In this document: positions 38,669-49,681 of the stretch, piece after piece
How positions within the stretch are numbered: the first letter of the stretch is position 1
Layout of the letters: the number at the start of each line of letters is the position of its first letter
Origin: Arcobacteraceae bacterium
GTDB lineage: Bacteria; Campylobacterota; Campylobacteria; Campylobacterales; Arcobacteraceae
Assembly: GCA_028375605.1 (NCBI GenBank)
Contig: JAONGR010000002.1
Span: forward strand, 4,085 to 68,084
DNA length: 64,000 nt
Reading direction: 5' to 3'
Notes under the pieces: generated by a model
What the model saw: only the letters and a program-made list of their open reading frames with translations
The model's database searches: none
Told to the model about the DNA's origin: nothing
Program-made: the position numbers and the translations under genes

Positions 38669-41600
38669 TTATTTATCTTTTCGCAAGTATATTAGTCGAT
38701 ATAACATAGGTACATAGTATAAATTTAACACAGTAGCCCATAATATTCCAAATCCTAATGCAACAGCCATAGGTTGAAGTATAAGAGATTGACCTGAAGC
38801 GAAAAAGATTAATGTACTTAGTCCCAAAATTGTTGTTAGAGATGTTAGTAAAATTGGTCTTAATCGTAAAAGTGAATACTCTTTAAGCTCTTCTATATTT
38901 TTAGCTTTTTTGATAAAATCCATCATGATTATACCATCATTTACTATAACTCCCGCTAGTCCAACCATACCAATTAGTCCTGGCATAGTGAGATTCAATC
39001 CCATAACTAAATGTCCTAAGAATACTCCTAAAATTGATAAAGGAATTGTACTAAGTATAATAAATGATTTGACAATGGAATCAAACATCCAGACAAGTGC
39101 TATAAATATAAGTACAATAGCAATAACAGCAGCTTGTGCCATCTCTTCTTGAACTTGTTTATTCTCTTTTTGTTCACCTTTTATATCTATTATTACATCA
39201 GTTTTGAGTTTGTTTAGTGTAGGTTGTAGTTTGGCATATACTTCTGCACTTGTGAGGTCTCCATTAATTGATGCTGTGATACTTTGTATAGCTATTCCAT
39301 CTTCTTTAAATATTTGGCTAAGTGTATCTATTTTAGTGAATGTAACAATATCTTTTAAAAGTACTTTTTGTGTACTAGTTGGTATATTTAATTCAAATTT
39401 ATCAAGTGATTCTTTTATATCTTTATTTTTTGATTGCATTACAATTTCAACAATTCCTTGAGTATCATACATCTTAGAAAAGCTTCCCTTAAAATAAAAA
39501 GGTTTAAGTTCATTTACTATGTCGCTTTCTGTAAAGCCTAATTGTTGTCCATAGCTATTTACAGAAAATTTCAACTCTTGATTACCCAATAATACATCAT
39601 CAGCAATATTGGAAATACCATCTATTTTTGAGAGCTCATTTTTTATTGTTCTAAGTGCATTCGACAAATTATCTTTATTTTCGCTACTTAAACTAAGTTC
39701 TATATCGTGACTTACAATACCAGCACCTGGAACATAGATATTTAATTCTGGAAATTGTTCTGAGCCTATTTCATCTTTTAATAAAGCTGTCATTTTATTA
39801 GATATTATTTGAGCGGGTTGACTTCTCGTCATATCTGTATCATCATACTTAGGGCTTAAGTAGGGATTGATATATTTATCAAAAAAGTTTGATGGTGCTC
39901 TTTCTTGTAAGTTTACAAAAATCTGAAAATAAAACTCTTCATTTTGAGGAAGTTGTTTCCCATCTAGTTTAAGTCCTATAACTGAACTAATACTATCGAT
40001 CTCATCTCCTAGTTCAAAATTATTTAAAAGTTTCTTTTCTAAGTTTAGTATAATCTCTTCTGTTTCATCTATATCATGACCCACACCAACTGAACCAGAG
40101 ATATAAACTTGAGTTGTGTCAAAATCAGGCATAAATTCAAATTTAAGTATTTTACCTAAACTAAAAGTACCAATAATAATAAATGAAACCAATGATATAA
40201 ATGCTGCATATTTCCATTTTAAACAAAAAGATAAAATAGTTTTATAGAGTCTTTTATTTTTTGTCCAAATATTATCTGCTTTAGCATCTTCTTTGTTTAC
40301 AGTTAACGTATGTTTTGCATGTAAAGGTAAAAAGAAAAATGCTTCTAAAAGTGAACTTACCAATAAAACTGATATCATAATTGGAAGTATTCGCATAAAT
40401 ACACCCGTTTCTCCTGTCATAAGTAATATAGGCAAAAATGCAAAAATAGTCGTAGCAGTTGCTGTTAAAACAGCAGGAAACATCTCTGTAGCACCATCTA
40501 GTGCTGCTGTCATCTTATCTTTCCCCATCTCTAGATGACGGTAAATATTTTCAGCAACTACAATAGCTTCATCTACAAGCATTCCCAGAGCTAGTAAAGC
40601 CCCCAAGAGTGATAACATATTTAAACTATATCCTAATTGATCAGCTGCAACGAGCCCTATCATAAAACTTGTAGGTATCCCAACAGCTACTACAAATGCT
40701 ATTCGTATATTTATAAAGAAGAATAGGGCGATTGAAAGGAGCATGATTCCAAAAAAGATATTACTAACTACTGTATTGAGTCTATTTTTGATCCAAATTG
40801 AAGTATCTGTATATGTATCAAATGTTACATCATTGTATTTTTTTTGTTCAACTGCCAATATCTCTTTTATCTCTTTAACTAAAGCGATACTATCTCCTGC
40901 TCGACCTTTATTAATACCTATAGACATATCAAGTTTACCATTATAATGTGATTTTGTTGATACGTCTGCTAATTTATATTCTATTTTTGCAATATCTTTT
41001 AAATATATAGAAAGATTGCCAAATTTTAAAATCATATTATTTAGTTTTGTTAAGTCTTTTTCGCCATTTTGACTACTAAGATAATAGTGAGTTCCCTTAT
41101 CTTTTATGATACCTGCAGGAAATATTGAGCTTGTATTTGCAATAGTATTTACTACCAAAGTTTTATTAAGACCATAAGCTTCTATTTTTGCCTCATCAAA
41201 AGTGATAAGTAACTCTCTGTCACTATCTCCAAAAATATTAATTTCGCTTAAATCACCTATTTTATTTACTTTTACTTTAATGCTATCAGCTATTTTGATA
41301 AGTTCTTCTCTTGTTTTATCTCCAAAAATAGCTATGGTAACAAGTGGAAAGGCACTTGTTACTTCTTTTACTGTTGGTTCATCCATATCTGTAGGTAAAT
41401 CAGAGCGTATCGTTGTTACTATATCTTTTATATCATCAATTACATCTTCAACTTTATACCCACTTTTCAGCTTTATATTGATACTAAAAAACCCAGTTTT
41501 TACAACAGTTGATATTGTATCTGCTTCACTAATACTACTAAGTTCATCTTCTATTTTTTGAACAGCTAATTTATTTAATATATCGCTACTTGCACCTGCA

Positions 41601-41758
41601 TAATTTCCGTTTATGCTAATAGCATCTAAACTAGATATTGGAAATATCTCTTTTGGTATTTTTAAATATGAAAATACGGAAAGTAAAAAAACAAAGAAAA
41701 GTAACATATAATTTAATATTGGCTTTTGTAAACCAAATTTTATGATTGATTGTATCAT
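38669..41758 (-). CDS. RND efflux permease (AcrB/AcrD/AcrF family)
   Basis: 1029 aa; LGMLVDEAIVVAEN, GVIVNDGI and RLRPILLTSLTT motifs. Confidence 0.93.
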   Translation of the reverse strand: MIQSIIKFGLQKPILNYMLLFFVFLLSVFSYLKIPKEIFPISSLDAISINGNYAGASSDILNKLAVQKIEDELSSISEADTISTVVKTGFFSINIKLKSGYKVEDVIDDIKDIVTTIRSDLPTDMDEPTVKEVTSAFPLVTIAIFGDKTREELIKIADSIKVKVNKIGDLSEINIFGDSDRELLITFDEAKIEAYGLNKTLVVNTIANTSSIFPAGIIKDKGTHYYLSSQNGEKDLTKLNNMILKFGNLSIYLKDIAKIEYKLADVSTKSHYNGKLDMSIGINKGRAGDSIALVKEIKEILAVEQKKYNDVTFDTYTDTSIWIKNRLNTVVSNIFFGIMLLSIALFFFINIRIAFVVAVGIPTSFMIGLVAADQLGYSLNMLSLLGALLALGMLVDEAIVVAENIYRHLEMGKDKMTAALDGATEMFPAVLTATATTIFAFLPILLMTGETGVFMRILPIMISVLLVSSLLEAFFFLPLHAKHTLTVNKEDAKADNIWTKNKRLYKTILSFCLKWKYAAFISLVSFIIIGTFSLGKILKFEFMPDFDTTQVYISGSVGVGHDIDETEEIILNLEKKLLNNFELGDEIDSISSVIGLKLDGKQLPQNEEFYFQIFVNLQERAPSNFFDKYINPYLSPKYDDTDMTRSQPAQIISNKMTALLKDEIGSEQFPELNIYVPGAGIVSHDIELSLSSENKDNLSNALRTIKNELSKIDGISNIADDVLLGNQELKFSVNSYGQQLGFTESDIVNELKPFYFKGSFSKMYDTQGIVEIVMQSKNKDIKESLDKFELNIPTSTQKVLLKDIVTFTKIDTLSQIFKEDGIAIQSITASINGDLTSAEVYAKLQPTLNKLKTDVIIDIKGEQKENKQVQEEMAQAAVIAIVLIFIALVWMFDSIVKSFIILSTIPLSILGVFLGHLVMGLNLTMPGLIGMVGLAGVIVNDGIIMMDFIKKAKNIEELKEYSLLRLRPILLTSLTTILGLSTLIFFASGQSLILQPMAVALGFGILWATVLNLYYVPMLYRLIYLRKDK

Positions 41759-43116
41759 TTATTTTCCATTATACTTGAGTGTATTTTTTCGATATTAAGT
41801 TTACTTTTCATAACACTTATAAATTCATCTATTGTTTTTTTCTTAAAATTATCAAATTTTGTATCATTGTATAATCCATGAACAAAGGTACCTTTAATAT
41901 TATTCTTTTCAAAACAAAGAGGATATTTTTTACTTATGCCGTGGTGTATCTCAAAACCGTCGCAATCATTCTTAAACACATTGTATAACTTTTTCTTTAG
42001 GACTTTTTCCTTCCTAAAAACTATATTATCATCAATGAATCCCAAAGCTTTCTCTTTTGTTGGAATTGATGTTTCAATACAGAGGTCATCTATTATATAT
42101 TCAAACATCATTTGATAACCTCCACAAATTCCAGTTATACTTTTTACTCGATTTTGAATCTGTTCAAAAAGTCCTGTTTCTTTTAGCCAAATGAGATCTT
42201 TGATTACTAGTTTACTTCCGGGTAAAATAACTTCATCAAACTTTTCTAATGAGACGTTAGAACTTACAAATTCTAAGCATATATCTTCATTTGCAATTAA
42301 AGGTTCAAAATCATTATAGTTACTCATATATGGATATGCTATAACTGCAACTTTTTTGGTTGCTTTTGAACAGTTCTGGGTAAAGTTTTTTAAACTTGCA
42401 CTATCTTCAAACCCAAGATTAAAAGGAAGATATGGTAACACGCCTAGAACTGGTATTTTAAAATCTTCTTCGATAATACGAACCCCTTCATCAAATAAAG
42501 TCATATCTCCTTGAAATTTATTTACAATGACACCAATGATATTATTTCGTAATTTTTCAGGTAGTAAATTATAGACACCCCAAATAGAAGCAAAAACTCC
42601 ACCTTTTTGTATATCAGCTACGAGTATGATTTTTGTATTAAAATTATCTGCAATATAGATATTTGACAAGTCTTTATCCATGAGATTGAGTTCCACAGGA
42701 CTTCCTGCACCTTCACACACTAAACAATCATATTTCTCATTAAGATAGTTAAAACATCTGTCAACGGCAGGTTTAAGGATATCTAAGTCTCTATAGTATT
42801 CTCGTACGTCTTTGTTTTGTACTACTTCTCCTTCTACTATCAAAGAAGCACTACTCCCACGACCAGATTTTAATAGTACTGGATTAAGATGATAAGAGGT
42901 TTCTACACCTAGTACATCTGCTTGAAAGTATTGTGCAATGGCTATTTCTTTACCATCATCACATACATGAGAATTATTTGAAACATTTTGCGCTTTAAAT
43001 GGAGCAACACTTATCCCCATATCTTGTAAAATACGAGCAATTACAAAGGTAATTGTAGATTTACCTGCATCACTGCTTGTACCAAATATACTTATGTTTT
43101 TTACACTTTTGTTAAT
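41755..43116 (-). CDS. cobQ: Cobyric acid synthase (start extended to ATT at 43116)
   Basis: Upstream in-frame KNISIFGTSSDAGKS P-loop; PFKAQN, EGAGSP.E, SNYNDF, LPGSK, GICGGYQM, GFEIH and GTFVHG motifs; no ATG/GTG/TTG precedes the P-loop. Confidence 0.92.
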   Translation of the reverse strand: MNKSVKNISIFGTSSDAGKSTITFVIARILQDMGISVAPFKAQNVSNNSHVCDDGKEIAIAQYFQADVLGVETSYHLNPVLLKSGRGSSASLIVEGEVVQNKDVREYYRDLDILKPAVDRCFNYLNEKYDCLVCEGAGSPVELNLMDKDLSNIYIADNFNTKIILVADIQKGGVFASIWGVYNLLPEKLRNNIIGVIVNKFQGDMTLFDEGVRIIEEDFKIPVLGVLPYLPFNLGFEDSASLKNFTQNCSKATKKVAVIAYPYMSNYNDFEPLIANEDICLEFVSSNVSLEKFDEVILPGSKLVIKDLIWLKETGLFEQIQNRVKSITGICGGYQMMFEYIIDDLCIETSIPTKEKALGFIDDNIVFRKEKVLKKKLYNVFKNDCDGFEIHHGISKKYPLCFEKNNIKGTFVHGLYNDTKFDNFKKKTIDEFISVMKSKLNIEKIHSSIMENK

Positions 43117-43178
43117 AATATATCCTTACTATATCTTCAGTATATAGATTTTATAATAAGAAAACTTAACTATCCATT

Positions 43179-44576
43179 TCAGTCCACATACCTATCTCTT
43201 ATTTCTAAAAATTGATTTAAATTATCAAAAAATAATTCTATTAAAAGTGGATCGAAATGTTTTCCTTTTTCACTTTTAAATAGTTCTAAAATTTTATCTA
43301 ATTTCCATGCTTTTTTATAACATCGATCACTTCCTAAGGCATCAAATACATCACAAACTGCTGTAATTCTTCCATATATATGGATATTGTCTTTTTTAAG
43401 TCCTCTTGGATATCCTGTACCATCCCATTTTTCATGATGTTCATAAGCTACTATTGCAGAGGTTTTCATAATATCTCTCGTTGAACCTTTTAGCATTTCA
43501 TACCCTAATGCAGAATGTGTTTTCATAATTTCAAATTCATCAACAGTTAACTTACCAGGCTTATTTAAAATAGCATCTGGAATACCAACTTTTCCTATAT
43601 CATGCATAGGCGAAGCTAGTTTTAAAAGCTCTGCACTTTCTTCATCCAAACCAGAAAGTTTAGCTAAAAGATAAGAGTACTCGGCAACTCTTTTTACATG
43701 AAATCCTGTTTCTTTACTTCTTGTCTCACCAATTGCACCCATAGTAAAAACAACTTCCTTTTGTGTATCGACTATATCTTTGACTGCAAGATCTAATTGT
43801 ATCTTCAAATCATTTTTATAGTGTTCAAATTTTGTTATATCATGTCTAATTCCAAGGTATTCAATTATCTTATTCTCTGTATCTACTAATGGTAGCAATA
43901 GACAGTCTACAATATATTCAGACCCATCCTTTGCTCTATTTTTTATAATACCTCGCCATTCTTTTTTTGAACTAATTGTTTTCCAAATATTTTTAAATAA
44001 TTTTGGATTTGAATCAGGATGTTTAACTATATTATGTGTGCAACCAATACATTCTTCTTGAGTATATTGTGATATATTATAGAAAGCTTGATTTGCATAA
44101 GTTATTCTTCCTTTTATATCTGTTTTTGATAAAATTGTACTTTCATCTATTGCATATTTATATTGTTCTAATAATAAGTTTAATAATCTTGCTTCTTTTT
44201 TTTGATGTATTTTTTCTATACATTCTTCAATAGTATTATTAAATATTTTTGAATTTATTGGTTTTTCAATGAAATAATGTATTCTTAATTTTATTGCAGT
44301 AATTAGATCTTCTTTATTATTTAAGCTTGTCATTATCATAATAAGTTGATGACTATTAAGCTCTTTAATTTTTTTGATAAGTTCAAAACCGTTCATTTTA
44401 GGCATAATTATATCTGTAATGACTAAATCAAATTTCTGTTTTTGATATAAGTAAAATGCTTCCGTACCATTACTTGCATGTTTATAATGAATACAATTAT
44501 GTCTAAGTAAAAGTTTTGTAACATATTCTACAAGAGTAAAGTCATCCTCAACATATAAAACACTGATTGTTTGCAT
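43179..44576 (-). CDS. REC-PAS-HD-GYP response regulator phosphodiesterase
   Basis: LYVEDD, TDIIMP; PAS; ETGFHVKRV, MHDIGK and HHEKWDGTGYPRGL motifs. Confidence 0.92.
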   Translation of the reverse strand: MQTISVLYVEDDFTLVEYVTKLLLRHNCIHYKHASNGTEAFYLYQKQKFDLVITDIIMPKMNGFELIKKIKELNSHQLIMIMTSLNNKEDLITAIKLRIHYFIEKPINSKIFNNTIEECIEKIHQKKEARLLNLLLEQYKYAIDESTILSKTDIKGRITYANQAFYNISQYTQEECIGCTHNIVKHPDSNPKLFKNIWKTISSKKEWRGIIKNRAKDGSEYIVDCLLLPLVDTENKIIEYLGIRHDITKFEHYKNDLKIQLDLAVKDIVDTQKEVVFTMGAIGETRSKETGFHVKRVAEYSYLLAKLSGLDEESAELLKLASPMHDIGKVGIPDAILNKPGKLTVDEFEIMKTHSALGYEMLKGSTRDIMKTSAIVAYEHHEKWDGTGYPRGLKKDNIHIYGRITAVCDVFDALGSDRCYKKAWKLDKILELFKSEKGKHFDPLLIELFFDNLNQFLEIRDRYVD

Positions 44577-46520
44577 CTAAAGATTTGACCAATCATCATC
44601 CATATTATTTGGTTTATTTACTGAATTATCGTATTCATTTTGACATAAAGATGAAGACTTGGTTGTAATTTCTATCTTTTTAGAATCTAGTTCTTCTTTT
44701 CCTATGAATTCATTTTTATCTGTGTTTGATACTATCAGTTTTGCAATAGAGTCTGTTTGCGCTGCAATATCTTGTGTTTGACTTGCAATCATTGCATTCT
44801 GTTGTGTTTGTTGATCAAGACTGTTAACAGCATCATTAATTTGTTCAATACCTTGTAATTGCTCTTTACTCGCATATTCTACATCTTTTATTAGGTTAAT
44901 AGTTTTTGAAATATTGTCATTTAATCCTACATAGCCATCAATCATCTTATTTGCAATTGATTTTCCAGTATTTGCTTTTTTAGTTGCATTTTCAACTAAA
45001 TTTTTTATTTCATTTGCTGCTTCCGCACTTCTACTTGCAAGGTTTCTTACTTCTTGGGCTACAACAGCAAACCCTTTTCCTGCTTCACCTGCAGTTGCTG
45101 CTTCAACAGCAGCATTTAATGATAAAATATTTGTTTGAAATGCAATTTGATCAATTACAGTAATTGCTTCATTAATAGCATTAACTTCATTATCAATCTC
45201 TACCATCGCTTCTGTTGTTTGAGTAGCAAGACTTTGTCCTTGATTCGATGATGTACTTAATTGATTCGCATATCCTGACATTGTAATGATATTATTTGTA
45301 TTTGAAGAGATATTACCCGTTATTTCTTCTAGCGCCGCAGCTGTTTCTTCTAATGAAGCTGCTGCCTCATTTGAATTATGATTTAAGTTATCAACATTTA
45401 CAAGTAAAATATCTGAACTTTTGTCTAGCGTTAAACCATTTAATTTATTTTCTCTTAACATCTCATTTATTGAATCATTTAATAAGTTAATATCTTTAAC
45501 TAAAGTACTAAATTCTCCATTTTTATCAATATTTTGTAGTGATAGTGTTTTTCTATAATCATAATTGGAGTATTCTTTAAGAACATTATTCATATTAATA
45601 AAATGTAATTTAGTTGCTTCAATCATTTCATTGACTTCATTTTTAAATTCGTTTAATGATTTATTATCTGTTGTACTTTGAATTGTTTTTGTATATAAAC
45701 CATGTTTAACATGTTCAATAATAATTTTTGCTTCATTTATAAGTTTATTATCTTGTTCAATTAAATCTTTAGTTTGTATGATGTTTGCATTGATAATTTG
45801 GGACATTATACCAAACTCATCTTCGTGTGTATTTTTTAATAGATCTACATTTTCATGTTCCTTTGAAAGATATTTAAAAAAATTCAATAATCCTTGTTTA
45901 AATTCCGTAAGTGATGTGACTATCTGATTTGATAGAAATAAAGATAGACTAATAAAAATAATGATAGAAAGCAATGCAATAATACTAAGCATTGTATTTA
46001 ACGTAGATTTCGCTTCATTTTTTAAATAAAGAGCACTTTTATTAATAGTATTTAATTCTTTTTCTAGATTCAGTCCAATTTCAACCATTGGTGTAAGAAT
46101 CGATTTGATTTCGCTATTCTCTTTCTCTATACCTGCTCCATATTGTTCTATTCTTTTTAACGAAAGTTGTTCAAAATATTGAAGGTATTGATTTGAGTAT
46201 GAAATAATATCATCACATTGCTGTTTATTTCTTATATCACTAAGGGTAGGTTTCAGTTTTAATACATGTTTGTTTAGACTCTTGAAATCTTTTACAACTT
46301 TAGTTGCCTTTTCTTTAGTTGGTTTCCTTAAGAATTGGTATACAGAAATTCTTCCTTTAAGTACTTCTTGAATAAATATCTCAGTTTGTACAGAAGCGTT
46401 AGTTCGTTGTGTAGATATATTACTATAATAATTAAATATTATTCCAGAGATTATTACAATTCCAATGAAGATAATAGGAAGTATCATAAGTTTAGTTTTT
46501 GTTGTAAAGTTTTTTAACAT
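44577..46520 (-). CDS. Methyl-accepting chemotaxis protein
   Basis: Two TMs; [37 protein letters not shown]; C-terminal DDWSNL pentapeptide-like tail. Confidence 0.95.
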   Translation of the reverse strand: MLKNFTTKTKLMILPIIFIGIVIISGIIFNYYSNISTQRTNASVQTEIFIQEVLKGRISVYQFLRKPTKEKATKVVKDFKSLNKHVLKLKPTLSDIRNKQQCDDIISYSNQYLQYFEQLSLKRIEQYGAGIEKENSEIKSILTPMVEIGLNLEKELNTINKSALYLKNEAKSTLNTMLSIIALLSIIIFISLSLFLSNQIVTSLTEFKQGLLNFFKYLSKEHENVDLLKNTHEDEFGIMSQIINANIIQTKDLIEQDNKLINEAKIIIEHVKHGLYTKTIQSTTDNKSLNEFKNEVNEMIEATKLHFINMNNVLKEYSNYDYRKTLSLQNIDKNGEFSTLVKDINLLNDSINEMLRENKLNGLTLDKSSDILLVNVDNLNHNSNEAAASLEETAAALEEITGNISSNTNNIITMSGYANQLSTSSNQGQSLATQTTEAMVEIDNEVNAINEAITVIDQIAFQTNILSLNAAVEAATAGEAGKGFAVVAQEVRNLASRSAEAANEIKNLVENATKKANTGKSIANKMIDGYVGLNDNISKTINLIKDVEYASKEQLQGIEQINDAVNSLDQQTQQNAMIASQTQDIAAQTDSIAKLIVSNTDKNEFIGKEELDSKKIEITTKSSSLCQNEYDNSVNKPNNMDDDWSNL

Positions 46521-46559
46521 TTATATTCCTTAACTTTATTTAATATAAGTTGAACGAGT

Positions 46560-46581
46560 CTCATTAAAGTCTTTTAATGAG
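46560..46581. promoter_or_regulatory. Palindrome in the MCP/XRE divergent intergenic region
   Basis: CTCATTAAA-GTCT-TTTAATGAG, perfect 9-bp inverted repeat. Confidence 0.45.
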
Positions 46582-46695
46582 CGCTTAATTACACGAATTA
46601 ATTATTGTATATATTGTTCACTTAAAAAATATTAATGTATAATATATTCTATGTATTTTATTACAATCTGTTATTAACTTTAGAAGGATAGCAAG

Positions 46696-47085
46696 ATGAT
46701 AAATAGTATAATTGAAAATATTTTAAATATATTAAAAGAAAAGAATATAACTAAAAAAGAATTCGCATCAAAATTAATTGATTTTAATCCTAAAGTAGGT
46801 CTAAATTTAGAGCCTCCCTCAGAAAGAACAATATATCTTTACTTACAAGGTAAACGTGAATTAAAAGCTGATTTGATCCCCTATATTGCTGAAGTATTAA
46901 ATATTAAAGAGCAAGATTTATTTGAAGATAGATATATTCAATCAGAATATGTTAAAGAAAATAAAGTAGATTATAATTGTTCAAAGGGAAATAGAAAAGA
47001 AGAATTGATAGATTTACTACCAAATCTTCCTGTTTCAATTATTCAATCTTTTATAAATATTGCGAAAGAATTGAAAAAAGATTAA
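46696..47085 (+). CDS. XRE-family helix-turn-helix transcriptional regulator
   Basis: LKEKNITKKEFASKL...TIYLYLQGKRE...IAEVLNI...LF; AAGGA SD. Confidence 0.85.
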   Translation: MINSIIENILNILKEKNITKKEFASKLIDFNPKVGLNLEPPSERTIYLYLQGKRELKADLIPYIAEVLNIKEQDLFEDRYIQSEYVKENKVDYNCSKGNRKEELIDLLPNLPVSIIQSFINIAKELKKD

Positions 47086-47095
47086 TAATTGTTTT

Positions 47096-48946
47096 TTATA
47101 AGGGTAATGTTATTATAAACTCTGCTCCGTTATGCATGTCATTTTTATATGTATAACTTGAATTATATACTTCTATATTTCCTAGCATACCCTCTATTAT
47201 TAAAGTATATGTCATATGAAGACCCAGTCCCGTACCTTGTTTTTTATTTTTTGTAGTAAAATATGGTTCAAATATTTTTGTTATAATATTTTTAGGAATC
47301 CCACCTGCATTGTCTTTTATAATAATCTGAATGTTATTTTCTATTTCTTTAGAAGAGATAAAGAGATATCTTGTTTGAACTTTTTGCTCATTAAATGCAT
47401 CTTTAGCGTTATTATAAATATTAATTAGACACTGCACAAGTTCATTTGGGTATCCTTCAATACTAATCGTTTCATCTATATCAATTACTATATTAATTGA
47501 CTCATTTCGTATTGAACCTTCTATAAGATGTAAAAAACTATCTATATCATTTTTTAGAGTAAAAACTTTTTTTTCTCTATCTCCTTTGATATAGTTTCTA
47601 AAATCATCTATTGTTTGAGATAGATATTGCGCATGTTTATTAATACTATTACAAGTGTATTTAAAGTCTTCATCAGATAAAACTCCATATTCTTTTTGAA
47701 CTAACATTCCTGTAGCACCAGTTGAGATTGCAGATAAAGGTTGTCTCCATTGATGGGCTATATTTCCAATCATCTCCCCCATACTAACCATTTTTTCTGA
47801 TTGAAAAAGTTTTGATTCTATCTCTTTACTTTTCTCAACTTCTATAATAATTTTTTGTTCTAAGCTTTCATTTAATTCTTTTAGATCATTTGTTTTAATT
47901 GTTACGATCTCTGCTAAATTATCTTTTTGTTTGAGCGTTTTATAAATGAAATAAAATAATATAAGTAAAATTAGAAACAAAATAGCTCTAATACCTAATG
48001 TATTTTGTAGTGTAATACTTATAAAATTATCTTTTTCATAAGAAACAATCCATGCTGCGACTTCCATATTTGTATTGTTGTAAATAGGTAAAAATGAAAT
48101 CACCTCAATGTTTTGATTTTTATCAACAAAATAAATTGCAAACTCTTTACCTAAAGGTATATTTTTATTAATTGGTTCTTTTATTTTTGTTATTTTTTCA
48201 TTTAATAACTTAGTGTATTCTTCTTTAGTATGACTTTTAGGCATGTTAATCATATATTTATCATGTTCTATACTTTGGATGTATTTAATAACTAAGTCAT
48301 CTCTATTCCATGATTTTTGAGAAAATACACTCTTTTTTACTAAAAAATGTGTATGTATATGTGATATATGAGTAAGATTATCCTGAAGATATTCACTTGT
48401 AAAAGAGATCTCTACTGCACCTAGATGTTTCTTGTTTTTATCAAAAACTGGATATATATTACGAAAAGCATGGACTGTTTTTCCCTGTGAAAAACCTCTT
48501 AATATCTTTTTAGTTTCGTTAACATACTTAAAATCATGACGAGTTTTACTAAGATCATCGCCAAATTTAGTTTTTTTGTGAAATCTAAAAAAAGATTTAT
48601 TATCAGGAAACACAAATTGGTACTGCAATACTCCTCTTTTTACGAGTCTTTTATATTCAGATGATAATAAAGTATCTAATTCGTTTCTAAGTTTATTTTG
48701 TTGTATTTCATTATTCGTATTTAAAGCTTTTGAAAGTATTGAAACTACTTTTGGATCTTTTACAGTAAAATCATGGGCGATATCTGCTGTGACACTTTGT
48801 TGGTTTAAAAGTACTTTATAATGATTTTTGAGTTTATATATATGGTTTTTTAATGAGAGTTCAATCCTCTGATTATTATTGATCTCAGTTACAATATATA
48901 CTAACACATTTAAAAAAATAAATACTAATAGTAATTTAATTTTTAT
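47096..48946 (-). CDS. Membrane sensor histidine kinase with Cache-type domain (probable ATA start at 48946; ORF track uses GTG at 48907)
   Basis: IAHQWRQPL, NNAKDA and GTGLGL motifs; the extension adds KIKLLLVFIFLN, completing TM1; AAAGGA-6nt-ATA. Confidence 0.88.
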   Translation of the reverse strand: MKIKLLLVFIFLNVLVYIVTEINNNQRIELSLKNHIYKLKNHYKVLLNQQSVTADIAHDFTVKDPKVVSILSKALNTNNEIQQNKLRNELDTLLSSEYKRLVKRGVLQYQFVFPDNKSFFRFHKKTKFGDDLSKTRHDFKYVNETKKILRGFSQGKTVHAFRNIYPVFDKNKKHLGAVEISFTSEYLQDNLTHISHIHTHFLVKKSVFSQKSWNRDDLVIKYIQSIEHDKYMINMPKSHTKEEYTKLLNEKITKIKEPINKNIPLGKEFAIYFVDKNQNIEVISFLPIYNNTNMEVAAWIVSYEKDNFISITLQNTLGIRAILFLILLILFYFIYKTLKQKDNLAEIVTIKTNDLKELNESLEQKIIIEVEKSKEIESKLFQSEKMVSMGEMIGNIAHQWRQPLSAISTGATGMLVQKEYGVLSDEDFKYTCNSINKHAQYLSQTIDDFRNYIKGDREKKVFTLKNDIDSFLHLIEGSIRNESINIVIDIDETISIEGYPNELVQCLINIYNNAKDAFNEQKVQTRYLFISSKEIENNIQIIIKDNAGGIPKNIITKIFEPYFTTKNKKQGTGLGLHMTYTLIIEGMLGNIEVYNSSYTYKNDMHNGAEFIITLPL

Positions 48947-48982
48947 TCTAAATCCTTTGAAATAATAAACTATCTTATTTTA

Positions 48983-49681
48983 TCATAATTGGATTAAAAT
49001 TATTCCTAAATTGAGATATATGATCTCTTGTAATTCAATATTAAAACCTAACATATCTCCATTTAGGAATCCTAATTTATTTTTTAAAGTATTTAAAATA
49101 AATTTTGTTAATAAATTAAAAGGTAGAAAAAGTATTTTTAACAATACTGACGTTTTAAAAGAGTTTTGTATACCTTTAATAAAATGGCTTTTTTCATGAT
49201 ACTGAAAATCTAATCCGAAAAATAAAGAACTACGGCTTAGTATTAATGCAATTATTATTATTATATAGTTTTCATAATATAATAAATAAGCAAGTGCCAG
49301 TATTTTTAATAATACAAAGCTAAATCCACCAAGAGCACCTATAGAACCTACTTGTGGTTCATGCATAACTTCATAGACATCTTTTTTACTTAATGATGCA
49401 AAATAGCCATCTATAGTATCACATACAGCTTCTAAATGTAAAAACCCATATGAGAATAGGTATAAAATACTACAAAAAATAGATTTGTATAATAACGGTA
49501 ATGGAAGTACAATAAATAAGAGTACCATCAGAGAAGATAATAATAGACCTGTTAGGGGTAAACTAAATAATACTCCTTTGTAAAACGAGTTATCTGCTTC
49601 AAATTGTTTGAGTTTAATGGGAAGTATTGAAAAATATGATATACCATATTTTATACCATTTAAAAATTGAGATTTTTTTAT
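48983..49681 (-). CDS. cobS: Adenosylcobinamide-GDP ribazoletransferase (start extended to ATA at 49681)
   Basis: In-frame N-terminal GISYFSILPI; GFLHLEAVCDTIDG, MHEPQVGSIG and LGFLNGDMLG motifs. Confidence 0.88.
   Translation of the reverse strand: MKKSQFLNGIKYGISYFSILPIKLKQFEADNSFYKGVLFSLPLTGLLLSSLMVLLFIVLPLPLLYKSIFCSILYLFSYGFLHLEAVCDTIDGYFASLSKKDVYEVMHEPQVGSIGALGGFSFVLLKILALAYLLYYENYIIIIIALILSRSSLFFGLDFQYHEKSHFIKGIQNSFKTSVLLKILFLPFNLLTKFILNTLKNKLGFLNGDMLGFNIELQEIIYLNLGIILIQL

Noticed and set aside
43117-43178. Cobalamin riboswitch upstream of cobQ or other cob genes
   Set aside because: The intergenic spaces are too short and AT-rich, and no B12-box or conserved GGGAA/GCCACTG elements are visible
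46696-47085. XRE protein as a prophage repressor
   Set aside because: No S24 peptidase domain and no phage genes nearby
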